DNA of 21,476 bases, from positions 1 through 21,476 of the forward strand of contig JALGVJ010000059.1 in assembly GCA_029838195.1 (NCBI GenBank). Reading direction: 5' to 3'. The notes below the pieces were generated by a model that had not been told where the DNA came from, did no database searches, and saw nothing but the letters and a program-made list of their open reading frames with translations. Of the stretch, positions 8,845-18,562 are shown piece by piece (position 1 is the first letter of the stretch; every line of letters starts with the position of its first letter). Source of the DNA: Promethearchaeota archaeon (GTDB lineage: Archaea; Asgardarchaeota; Lokiarchaeia; Sigyniarchaeales; SOKP01). The translations under genes were made by a program, and so were the position numbers.

Positions 8845-10491
8845 ATGACAAGAATTTCTCAGAATTCGGCTATTTCCAATGGAGAAGAAGGGACGTTAGC
8901 TAAAAATGCTTTTTATTCTTTTCTTAATACGTACGGGGAATATATCTTTTCAATAATAACATCCTTTATTATTGCCAGATTAATTTCAAAAGAATTATGG
9001 GGTTTTTTTATCTTAGCTTATTCCTATATAATGATTTTAGCAGTTATAATGGAATTTATCCCTCCAGGATTATCTCATGCCTTGCATTATTTTATCCCTA
9101 AAAATTTCGCAGAAAGTAAATATGGAAAAATTAAAAACATTATTAAAAATGCTCTATTTCTGAAAATATTTGTTGTAATTATCATATTTTTTATTTTTTT
9201 ATTAGTATATACTCATTTTTCAAATCTGTTTTCTCTGTCTTTAAGAAATTATATTCATCTTTTATTAATATTATCCCCTTTAATATTAATTAGTGGAATA
9301 AACTCTATTCATAATTCAGTCCTTCGAGGTTTTAATAGATACAATCTAATTTTTAATGCTATTCTCATGCAAAATTTGATCAAATTAGCTTTTTTTTTTT
9401 ATTACTTCTTTTTCGTTGATGTCGTGTACGTAGAAGATATCGTGATTATAAACGTATTATCTGCCATACCTCCTTTTTTTTTAAAATTAATAGGCGTCCT
9501 TAAATTATATTTCCAAATAAATTTAAAAGGGGAGGAGAAAAACTCATTTTTAGATTTCATCATAGAAACAAGTAAGTATGGGGCTCCATTAAGTCTTGGA
9601 GTGGGATTGCTTGCATTTTGGTACGAATTACAAGTTCAATTAATTGGAATTTTTGATAATCCTTCAATGGTGACAGGGCTTACAATCTCCCGGAATTATA
9701 CTGCCATTGCCTCATCTTCTTCTCAATCTTTATCTTTTCCCTTGACCAATTCTTTTTCTCGATTAGCTGCGAAAAAAGAACATGAGAAAATCATTCAAAT
9801 CTATAATATAACTTTTAAATATTCTCTATTTATCCTTCAATTTTTATCTGGAATTCTTATTTTCTTAACGGATATCTTTTTAGTTATTGTTTACGGGGAT
9901 TCTTATTTAATTTTTTCTTTTCTCGTTAAAATCTATTTTTTAATCATAGTATTCAAGGCATTAGAGGCTCTATTAGGAGCAATCTTTAATGCATTTAATA
10001 AAGTGAAGTATTCCCCTATTTTAGTTCTAATTTTCTTTTCGTTTAACATACCTCTATTTCTAATAGGTTTAATTTCTCTTGGAATTATCGGGGCTGTAAT
10101 TGGATTAATTATAAGTGCAATAATAGAACTTTTGATGCAAATTTATTTAAGTTTCAAGATAGGAAAGATAAAAATTAATAAAAAAAAGGTCATCATCCAA
10201 TATCTTACTTTTTTCGTCGCAATTTTCATTGCTACCATTATTAATCAAATTTTAACTCCAAGCTTTAATGAATTTATAAAAAATTATTCGAATTTAACGA
10301 TTTTAGAGCATTTTAAATTTATATCTTTATTCTTTTTTATTATTATTTTTATATTCTTAAATCTCTTGTTAAATGTGTTCACGCAACAAGATGTTGAATA
10401 CCTACAAGGTTTTTTTCAAGAGAATAAAATTTCGCACGCTATTATTCGTAAATTACTAAATTTCATGACTATTTTTAGAAGTAAAAAATGA
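8845..10491 (+). CDS. Oligosaccharide flippase (Wzx / MOP superfamily)
   Basis: Many hydrophobic segments; N-terminal LAKNAFYSFL...IIARLISKELWG pattern typical of Wzx; lies within a GT cluster. Confidence 0.85.
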   Translation: MTRISQNSAISNGEEGTLAKNAFYSFLNTYGEYIFSIITSFIIARLISKELWGFFILAYSYIMILAVIMEFIPPGLSHALHYFIPKNFAESKYGKIKNIIKNALFLKIFVVIIIFFIFLLVYTHFSNLFSLSLRNYIHLLLILSPLILISGINSIHNSVLRGFNRYNLIFNAILMQNLIKLAFFFYYFFFVDVVYVEDIVIINVLSAIPPFFLKLIGVLKLYFQINLKGEEKNSFLDFIIETSKYGAPLSLGVGLLAFWYELQVQLIGIFDNPSMVTGLTISRNYTAIASSSSQSLSFPLTNSFSRLAAKKEHEKIIQIYNITFKYSLFILQFLSGILIFLTDIFLVIVYGDSYLIFSFLVKIYFLIIVFKALEALLGAIFNAFNKVKYSPILVLIFFSFNIPLFLIGLISLGIIGAVIGLIISAIIELLMQIYLSFKIGKIKINKKKVIIQYLTFFVAIFIATIINQILTPSFNEFIKNYSNLTILEHFKFISLFFFIIIFIFLNLLLNVFTQQDVEYLQGFFQENKISHAIIRKLLNFMTIFRSKK

Positions 10492-10504
10492 AATTTCCAA
10501 TTTA

Positions 10505-13102
10505 TTAAATAAGAGCCATTTTTCTCAATTCCATTTTAATAATCTTAGTAGTTTTTCGAGATAATTGTGTAAAATCTTTTATCCTTGCTTGAATTTCTTT
10601 TTTAATTTTTTCATGATTTTTTTCCAAATATGAGAATTTTTCAATCAACTTTTTTGGATTAAGTTCCATTACATCAATGATTAAATCAGTTCTTCCAAGT
10701 TTTTCCATGAAGGATGAAGCTTTATGTTCATAGCATATCGCGATTGAAGGTGTAAGCATTTTCGCAGCAAAAATATTTGGATGATATCGCATTCCAACAA
10801 CACAATATAATTTTGAAATTATAGCTTGCTGGGTATAAGAATCAATTTCTTCCGGTAAAAGATGAATCTTTTTTTCATTAATTTGGTGTATTTTTTCAAG
10901 GAAAGCTTTTTCAAAATCATATTCAAATATTTGAGGAATGATTAAAACATGATATCCTCTATCAATGAGATGTTTCGTGAATTCTGAAATTGAATCATGG
11001 ATTCTTTTACGCAAAATGAAATTATCTTTATATTTTGGATGCCACCGAAGTTCTGTCATGGTAATTCCAATAACTTTTTGCGATTCAATTAAATTCAAAA
11101 TATTTGACAGTCTTTTACTATTTCTTAGTAATTCGTGTGAAATCTTATTTTGAAGGGCTGAATCGATGGTTACTATTGAATCAATGTTTAATTGTTCCTT
11201 AAGATACTTGGCAGATTCTTGATCTCGAAGCGTGATGAGATGCACGCGCTTTAAAATGAATTTCCTGAAAACATTTCGAAATTTTTTGTTAAAGGGTCCT
11301 ACGGAAGGCGCATAGAAAAAAACGGGCTTTTTTTTCAAAAGGGGGATAAATATTCGTAATAAATAAGGAAATTCATATTTCCCATAATGTTCTCCGAACA
11401 TGGGGCCCCCTGGAGCATGAATTACGATATCAGCTCCACTCACGTGTTTTAAAAACTGTTTTCCTTGTTTAGAAAAGGCCCTTCTCCCTTTAGAAAAAAT
11501 CATTAGTAAAACATCCATTAAAGTTGGAAAATCGCATCTTCCTTTAGTAAGGATGAGCGATATGATATCAATAAAAGAAAATGGACGTTTTATCATGGGA
11601 TATTGATTAATTATTTGAATATCTTTATAGGGAAAATATTTTACATCCTCCACCATTATCATTATTTTCATTTGATTGATGGGAAGTTCTTGTTTTAATG
11701 AATCTATCATGGCACGTATAGCCGACTCATCACCTCTATTATTCCAATGAGCATGGAGAATTAAAACATTCAGAGCTTTTTTTATTCTCATTTGTTTTGA
11801 AGATTTTAATAAATTTGATAAAAATTTAGAATAAATTTTATCAACAACCTTAAATCCTAAATAATTTGTAAGATAACCTAATTTATTACCAATATAACTT
11901 GAAAATAATAGAATTAACGCCAAAAATTTATCATGGACGTTTTTGTTTACCGAGATTTTCTCATGCGGATATTTTATTTTAAAAAATAAATTGTAAAGCT
12001 TTAATCTACTATAAATATTGACTTTTTTTATATAAGAATACCCTTTTTGGGATTGAATTACCTTTTCATGGGAGATTTCTTTTATATTTATTTTTTTCTC
12101 CATGACCCCCATTTTTAGGAGATTTTCGCCTAAATCTGTTCTTGAAATGACAATTGACGTCCCAATATTATCTTCTTTTATGATCTCAGGTAACCAAGCA
12201 TCTCCAAAGGAAAGATCGGCTAATTCTGAGCTTAAATCATTACAGAGCACGCATCTAATTGGAGTAAATAATCCACAATGAAAAATTTTTTCCCATAAGG
12301 GATGATTACTTTTAATATATTTTAGTTCACCATTCTTAAATTCAATTATTATTTTTCCAGGCCATCCGTATCCTCTATAATTAACTTTTTTTATCTCCTC
12401 CATCCGAATTCCAAGATTTTTTAATAAAAAATTGGTGGCATGAAAATTTAGTTCATGAGAACAAAATAATCCAAAATGATATTTTATTTTCTTCCGCAAC
12501 AACTCAAATTTTCTTTCTGCTAATCTCATTCCCTCGATTTGACAAGGGAGACCAACGAAGGCAATATCATGAAGATCCTTTCTTTTAAACACCTCTTTAA
12601 TGATAAGATTTACGGACACGGGACAATATTTCGATTGAGAAGCTTTTATAATTTGTTCACGCGATTCTGCTAATATAGCTTTAGGTTTAAAAGAGTTTTC
12701 TTTATTAAATGATGTAACAATCGCTGCATCAATAAGCCCTTTTTCCAAAGCAAAAGTTAAAAGTTGTGTAACTAATCCACCAGAAGCACTCCTATATCTA
12801 ATATCATCATTTAAAGAATATCCGATATAACAAGAATTGTAAGCGCCTAGGAAAGGATTAGTTCTTAACTCTCTTGTATTGGATAAATTAATATTTTTAT
12901 AAGTAAAAGGACGACCAGGACAAATAACATGACAATTTCCACAATTATTACAAGAATCTTGTTTAATTTTAGGAATGTAAATTCCTTTCCAAGAATTATA
13001 ATGAAGAACAATTGCATTTTGGAAGCAAATTCCTACACAATTTCCGCATCCCGTGCATAAATGCTTTTTTACAATTAATTCAATCGCTTTGAAATTTCTC
13101 AT
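10505..13102 (-). CDS. Fusion of a 2x[4Fe-4S] ferredoxin plus FrhB/FdhB-like (F420 dehydrogenase beta) domain with a polysaccharide pyruvyltransferase (WcaK-like) domain
   Basis: N-terminal CTGCGNCVGIC and CNNCGNCHVICP. FrhB-type motifs SASGGLVT, SKYCP, VGLPCQ, GLFCSH, RCVLCND...ADLSFGDAW. From ~aa 440, pyruvyltransferase motifs NNRGDESAI, PGG, SVGPF, TLRDQES, GMRYHPNIFA, YEHK. One continuous ORF. Confidence 0.85.
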   Translation of the reverse strand: MRNFKAIELIVKKHLCTGCGNCVGICFQNAIVLHYNSWKGIYIPKIKQDSCNNCGNCHVICPGRPFTYKNINLSNTRELRTNPFLGAYNSCYIGYSLNDDIRYRSASGGLVTQLLTFALEKGLIDAAIVTSFNKENSFKPKAILAESREQIIKASQSKYCPVSVNLIIKEVFKRKDLHDIAFVGLPCQIEGMRLAERKFELLRKKIKYHFGLFCSHELNFHATNFLLKNLGIRMEEIKKVNYRGYGWPGKIIIEFKNGELKYIKSNHPLWEKIFHCGLFTPIRCVLCNDLSSELADLSFGDAWLPEIIKEDNIGTSIVISRTDLGENLLKMGVMEKKINIKEISHEKVIQSQKGYSYIKKVNIYSRLKLYNLFFKIKYPHEKISVNKNVHDKFLALILLFSSYIGNKLGYLTNYLGFKVVDKIYSKFLSNLLKSSKQMRIKKALNVLILHAHWNNRGDESAIRAMIDSLKQELPINQMKIMIMVEDVKYFPYKDIQIINQYPMIKRPFSFIDIISLILTKGRCDFPTLMDVLLMIFSKGRRAFSKQGKQFLKHVSGADIVIHAPGGPMFGEHYGKYEFPYLLRIFIPLLKKKPVFFYAPSVGPFNKKFRNVFRKFILKRVHLITLRDQESAKYLKEQLNIDSIVTIDSALQNKISHELLRNSKRLSNILNLIESQKVIGITMTELRWHPKYKDNFILRKRIHDSISEFTKHLIDRGYHVLIIPQIFEYDFEKAFLEKIHQINEKKIHLLPEEIDSYTQQAIISKLYCVVGMRYHPNIFAAKMLTPSIAICYEHKASSFMEKLGRTDLIIDVMELNPKKLIEKFSYLEKNHEKIKKEIQARIKDFTQLSRKTTKIIKMELRKMALI

Positions 13103-13393
13103 AATCGATTCTATTTGCTCGATCTTTTTTTATTAAATTAAGAATTAAAATTGAAAAGGAAGTTAAGTTTTTTATGTTTTAATTTTATTTGTGAAAATAT
13201 CTTAGGAGCAATTTTGTCCCAATTAATTCATTTATAAATTAGGAAAAGAGAGAACTAAAAATAGAATTAAAAAAATAAATCATTTTTCCAGCAATTACAT
13301 GCATTACTTCTTTAATAGCTTGTTCAAAACATTTTAATTTGAAAATAATAATTCTTAAAATTTTTGAATTTATTGCTACTTTAAAAATTAGTT

Positions 13394-14329
13394 CTACCAT
13401 TCAATTAAATATTTTAATTGTAGAACCAATTTTTGAGTAGGTTTTCTTCTAACAGTGTAGGTAAAGAAAAATAGAAAAAGCTGAGAAATTAATATGAGTT
13501 TTAATATTCGTGCTTTAAAGGGATGATGTTTCTTAAAATAGAAAATTTGGCATCTTAATTGCATTAATCGGAGCCAATCAGGATTCTTTTTTCGATATGC
13601 GCTTCCATGATCATGAATTATCTCTGCTGAAGGAACGAGATAAATTTTGTAACCTTTATCTCTAACTCGCTTACATAAATCCACATCATTATACCAGAAG
13701 GAAAGCATAGGATCGATTACAATACCATCTTGTTTAATAAGTTCCATGCGTTCGATGGTGCAACCAAAGGTGGCTTGATCTATTTCCGAAATTTTACTTA
13801 TATCTAGGTTCGCATATGAATGATATCGTGCCATTTTTCCCCTCAAAATATATTTATCGATGATTCTTCCATAAAGGAGTTGCCTAAAAAACACTTTAGA
13901 AAGAGTAAATTTCCTGTTATAATATATAAGAGGGGTCCCATCAGGTTTTAACTGCTTGGCAGTTGCCATGCCCACTTTAGGATGCATTTCCAAAAAATTC
14001 AGTAATTTAACTATGGGTTGATCAACATGAATGGTATCTGGGTCAAGAAAAACCCAATATTTTCCTTTAACCCTATCAATTAATTTATTTAAAACAGATA
14101 AGCCTTCATTTATTTTATTTTGGATGAAAGTAATTCTCTGCTGGTTAGAATATCGTTGAATGATTTTATTAAAATCGTAATCTCGTGAACCATTATCAAT
14201 TATGAACCATTCATAAGGTAAATCATCATAAGATTTTAAGAATGAATCGATGCAGCGCATTAATTTATGAGATACATTATAATTTATCGTGGTAATAGTT
14301 ATTTTAACATTCATTTCGTGTAAACTCAA
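13394..14329 (-). CDS. Glycosyltransferase family 2 (WbbL-like)
   Basis: ITTINYN, IIDNGSRD, VFLDPD (DxD), FWYNDVDLCKRV, IIHDHG. Confidence 0.88.
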   Translation of the reverse strand: MSLHEMNVKITITTINYNVSHKLMRCIDSFLKSYDDLPYEWFIIDNGSRDYDFNKIIQRYSNQQRITFIQNKINEGLSVLNKLIDRVKGKYWVFLDPDTIHVDQPIVKLLNFLEMHPKVGMATAKQLKPDGTPLIYYNRKFTLSKVFFRQLLYGRIIDKYILRGKMARYHSYANLDISKISEIDQATFGCTIERMELIKQDGIVIDPMLSFWYNDVDLCKRVRDKGYKIYLVPSAEIIHDHGSAYRKKNPDWLRLMQLRCQIFYFKKHHPFKARILKLILISQLFLFFFTYTVRRKPTQKLVLQLKYLIEW

Positions 14330-14663
14330 ATCACGTTCATTTTAATTTGATTAATAAAATAAGGTATTATTTATTAAATAGAAGAAATAGATCATTTTTT
14401 CATTATTTAAAATGTTTGATTCTAAATAAGAGCTTTATACTTAAAAAATTGAGATATTGCATGTTAAAGCTTTTATTAGTTTTTTTTAATTAATATGGTA
14501 GATCGATATTCAAATCTTATATTTAATTAAACAATGTTATAGTAAAATTGAAAAGCAGTATTAACTTGGAACAATAAAATAATTGCTTTTTTAAGCTAAT
14601 AAAGAATCGTGAATGATAAATTTATTTTAATATTAAAATGGCTTAAATTTAAATGATGTTTTC

Positions 14664-16227
14664 ATGAATAAAGAACTTGTCTTGAGAGAAGCTCAAAAAA
14701 TAGCCAATGAATTTCCTTTCTGGATGGTTGCTGGAGATATAACTCATTTATATGGCCATGTTCTTGAAACTGATGAGGGCAAGTATGATTTAGAAATTAA
14801 GTTTAATGAGGATTTTCCTTTCAAGCCACCAAATTTTATATATCATGAAAAGATTGCTTCTTTATTAGGGCACGTTCAATTACAAGGAATTTTAAATTGG
14901 GACTCCAGTTCTAGCGTAGTTGATATACTTCGAGAATTAAAACAAAAAATCGAAAATGTTCTTTCTCAATCCATTAAAAATCATGCGGATACATCTTTAA
15001 TAAGAGAACCTTTGAAAAATGAGAAAAAAGAAGAAAGCGAATCTAAAATTTTTCTCATGGAAGATGATTCTGAGAAATCTCCAGAAACAAAAGAATATAT
15101 CACGCCCGATCTAAATGCGTATCCACCTGAATTCCAAGAAGATATTCTTTTTAAAGATGTAGAAGCTCTTTCAAATATTCAAAGTGAATATAATCTCCTC
15201 CGACAAGAATACGCTCTTGATGAGATAGGAGGAAATATAGCAACGATTCAAATTTATTTAACCATTACTTTAACTAAAACTTTTAAAATAAAAATTGATT
15301 TTGGCGATTTTCCAAAAAAACCCATTCTTGATTTATCTGAAGAACTCCTAGGATTTCTCGGAGATCCCAATCAAGCATTAGAAACTCTTAAAAATTGGGA
15401 TGAAAAAAATCCCGGCCACGTAGTAAATATCATCCATGAATTAGAACAAAAATTAAATATTTTAAGTGAAATTGAGAACCAAATCACTAAAATTAAAGGA
15501 GAATTTGAATGTCATGAGATAAGCGGTTCCTTAACAAAACAACAAGTTTCAATTTTGACGTATGGGTTAAAAAATTATTTTTTAGAAATAGATTTGAAGC
15601 AGCATTCCCATTACCGAATTACATTCTTATAAAAAATGGAAAAATAGCGAATCTGATGTTGTCGAAATTCTTAGGGAAATTTCCTGGTTAACCGATAAAA
15701 AATCTCGAATTGATTTCGAACTTTCCCTTTTAAAAGAAAACTATAAAAATATAGAATATAATGCCCAAAAAAATTCAATTCTTTTAAACATGAAAGGAAA
15801 AATGAAAACGGAAGCCCTAACTTTTAAATTTGAAATTCTATTGCCTGAAGAGTATCCCAATAAAATGCCAAAAATCTTAGTTAAAAATGAATTCGAGTTA
15901 GAATCTTATGAAAAAATTAAAAATGATCTTATAGTTTCATTCAATGATTTTTTTAATAAATGGACTCCCTTTAGTTATTTAGTAGATTTATTCAACATGA
16001 TTTCCGAGAAAATTTTTGAAGTTTCCATGATCTCTTGCGTGATTTGCCATCAAATTAAATGCCCAACTTGCGGTCGAAAAATTGCAGGACCCAGAGAAGA
16101 ATCGTGTAATGTAACATGTAGCTATTGCAATAAGCTATATCATGAACATTGTTGGAACCAAACCATTAAGTCAATTGGGAAATGTGGATTTTGCCTTAAA
16201 GAGCCTCCACCAAATTCGATTCCCTAA
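14664..16227 (+). pseudogene. Tandem E2-like (UEV/RWD) x4 plus RING-finger protein, split by a frameshifting deletion at ~15600 (ORFs 14664..15632 and 15790..16227)
   Basis: Repeated E2-fold signatures: DFPFKPP...NWDSSSSVVDILREL, DFPKKP...NWDEKNPGHVVNIIHEL, KKWKNSESDVVEILREI (in the +1 frame, open from 15598) and EYPNKMP...KWTPFSYLVDLF. C-terminal CVICH-CPTC-C-CSYC-HEHC-W-CGFC. Confidence 0.75.
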
Positions 16228-16493
16228 GATTAAGTAAAATTCTGTAATGCTTATTCATGTCGATATTACTCATCATGATGGAATTTGTCATTGTTTATTT
16301 AAATTATTGTTGTTTTATCATTTTTCTTCAAGGCAATTAATTTTTTCCTTTATCTTGATTAAAATAGAAAATAAATCAATGAATCATGGGTCTTTTAATT
16401 AAAAAAGAGATTTTTAAGTTCGATCAATTAATTAAATAAGGTTAATTGATTCTTTTAATCTAAGTTCATAAAATAAATTTTTTACTGAAAGAG

Positions 16494-16940
16494 ATGGTTA
16501 GACCAAAATATTCAATTATAAAATTAGAACTATTGAAAGAAATTTCGAATAAGATTTTTAGTAAGAAAAAAGAGATTCAATTAGCATATCTTTACGGATC
16601 GCAAGCTAGACAAACTCATTCAGAATTTAGTGATATTGATATTGGAATTGTTTTAAATAAAGATTTTCATGTACCATTATTTTATATCGAAGAAATAGGT
16701 AATCTTTTCGAAGAGAAATTGAAGAAACCAATAAATCTTGATTTAAGACTTTTAAATAACGCGACTCCAAGATTTCTTTATAATGTCCTTAAAGACGCAA
16801 TAGTATTATATTGTAGAGATGAACATTTTCAAGCAGAATTTGAAATAAAAGTAATTACTGAATATCTTGACATTAAACCTCTTTTGGATTATTTCGATAA
16901 ATTAGCTGTAGAAGAGGTGTTAAATCATAAAAATAAATAA
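16494..16940 (+). CDS. mntA: Minimal nucleotidyltransferase (MNT), antitoxin of a type VII MntA-HepT-like TA system
   Basis: AYLYGSQARQTHSEFSDIDIGI matches GSX10DXD; also INLDLRLLN; overlaps the downstream HEPN gene. Confidence 0.88.
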   Translation: MVRPKYSIIKLELLKEISNKIFSKKKEIQLAYLYGSQARQTHSEFSDIDIGIVLNKDFHVPLFYIEEIGNLFEEKLKKPINLDLRLLNNATPRFLYNVLKDAIVLYCRDEHFQAEFEIKVITEYLDIKPLLDYFDKLAVEEVLNHKNK

Positions 16941-17365
16941 AGATGCGCTCATTCCGAGATTTAATAAAATGGAGGTGCTTTTAGAAGAACTAAATGATCT
17001 AAGAAAACTAGCGAAACAAGATTTTCTAAATACTCCCAGAAATTATCTTTGCGCTCAGAGGGCTCTTGAAATGTGTATAACTACTTGCATTGATGTTGCT
17101 TCTCACATAATTTCAATAGAGTCAAAAAAAAAAACCAGAAACCTATCGTTAAATATTTGATATTTTAGCTGATATTAATATAATATCATTGGATTTTAAA
17201 GATAACATGAAAAAAATGGTTGGATTTCGAAATTTATTGACTCTTGTTTACATGGAATTAGATAATGAAAAAATTTACCAAATTCTTCAAGAAAACTTGA
17301 ATGATTTTATAAAATTTAAGGAATTTATTTATAAGAAGTATAAAAATGAGTTATTTATCTCTTAA
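16927..17365 (+). pseudogene. hepT: HEPN (DUF86/HepT-like) RNase toxin pseudogene
   Basis: Reconstructed as IKINKDALIPRFNKMEVLLEEL...AQRALEMCITTCIDVASHII..ESKKK/PETYR*IFDIL...MKKMVGFRNLLTLVYMELDNEKIYQILQENLNDF...*. Frameshift in the A11 run (17124-17134), TAA at 17150-17152, and the RX4H His replaced by Leu. Confidence 0.85.
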
Positions 17366-17459
17366 ATTTAAATTTCAATATTCAATTTTTCATTTTCAAT
17401 AATGAAATGATCTAATTTTAATTAATTCCTTTTATTGATAGATATCTCGTTATTACTTA

Positions 17460-17590
17460 ATTCAATCCATTTATGCTTCATTTCATCTCCTAAATTTTAA
17501 TACTCTTTCTCTTGTATTTCTTGCATATTTTTAAATAAATTCTTTATCTCTTCCTAAAAATATCATTTTTTTTATTAATATATTGATATA
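17460..17590 (-). pseudogene. Degraded GT4 C-terminal fragment
   Basis: Minus strand reads INILIKKMIFLGRDKEFI*KYARNTRERVLKF, 19/32 identical to INALAEKMILLATDKELRKKYTRNLRERALEF in the GT4 relic at 20108-20422. Confidence 0.65.
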
Positions 17591-18225
17591 TTGATACCTA
17601 CTACCCTTGTTAAGGTACTAGATTATTTTTAAGAATTCCTTGTGTGAGTTCATTTAACAATTTAAAGATAATTTTAAGAATTTCACATATCAATGCCTCA
17701 ATGAAGATGAATCCAAAAAACTAACGTAAAAAATTAATATTAAAAGCATCTGAATTATATATGGATTTGAACGAATTTTTTTCGATCCAAGTAGAATTAT
17801 ATTATCATCTAGTTTTAAATCATTTTAGATTGATGAAAAACAATAATAAAAGAAAATAATAATTCAATAATAATGTTAATTTATTTTTACATGCTTATGA
17901 AGGAAAAATTTATAGTATCATTAATTTCTCGATTAAGTTCGTACATAATCTATATTATTGCATTTTATTTACTTTTTTATAATTTAAATGTTACTTTAAT
18001 GAGTATTTGAACCTTTAATTAATGGAGTTGTTAATTTAGGTTTTTTATTTGTTAATATTGGTTTAGATAATATTCATTATCAATATTCAGGAAAGATAAA
18101 TAGTAATGAGTACTTTGGTACCTATTTTTATTTGAAAATTTCATCCTTACAATTAATATTATCATCACTATAATAATAATTTCAATTGTGTCTACATTAG
18201 TTTTATGGGAGAGCATCTTTACATT

Positions 18226-18366
18226 TTATTCCATACTCATTCTAATCTCTAAAATTGTGGAAAATATCTCAAATATTTTCTTTATAAATCTAAAAATAAA
18301 AATTAAAGCGTTCAAAGCTGAAATTCCTAATTTTTTTATAACTATTGGTAAAAGTATTGCTATTAT
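18226..18366 (-). pseudogene. Possible relic of a Wzx-flippase N-terminus
   Basis: Minus strand reads IIAILLPIVIKKLGISALNALIFIF..., resembling the ILLPIxxRxLG segment of Wzx proteins; flanked by stop codons. Confidence 0.25.
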
Positions 18367-18562
18367 ATTTATTTATCAATCTTGAAAATTTTAAAGATCC
18401 TCTATATATATGTGTACTATTAATTTATTACTTGATTTTTTATGAGTTTGTTTAAAATTAATTTAGTGCCTCCATATAATAATTTTTTCATCCAAAAAAA
18501 TATGTCAGTTTTAAATACATATCTTCTACGCCCATTTTATGTGCTACGATAATCATGAAAAA

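Noticed and set aside
4686-11153. Small ORFs 4686..4880, 4877..5074, 5679..5906 and 10965..11153
   Set aside because: Nested in or antisense to well-supported genes, with no recognisable motifs.
2048-14663. TATA/BRE promoter calls in intergenic regions
   Set aside because: AT content is too high for TATA-like matches to be meaningful by eye.
15590-15640. Programmed ribosomal frameshift joining the UEV and RING ORFs
   Set aside because: No slippery heptamer at the junction, and ~17 conserved residues are missing, which points to a deletion.
17124-17134. Phase variation of the HEPN toxin via the A11 tract
   Set aside because: Restoring the frame still leaves an in-frame TAA and a lost catalytic His.
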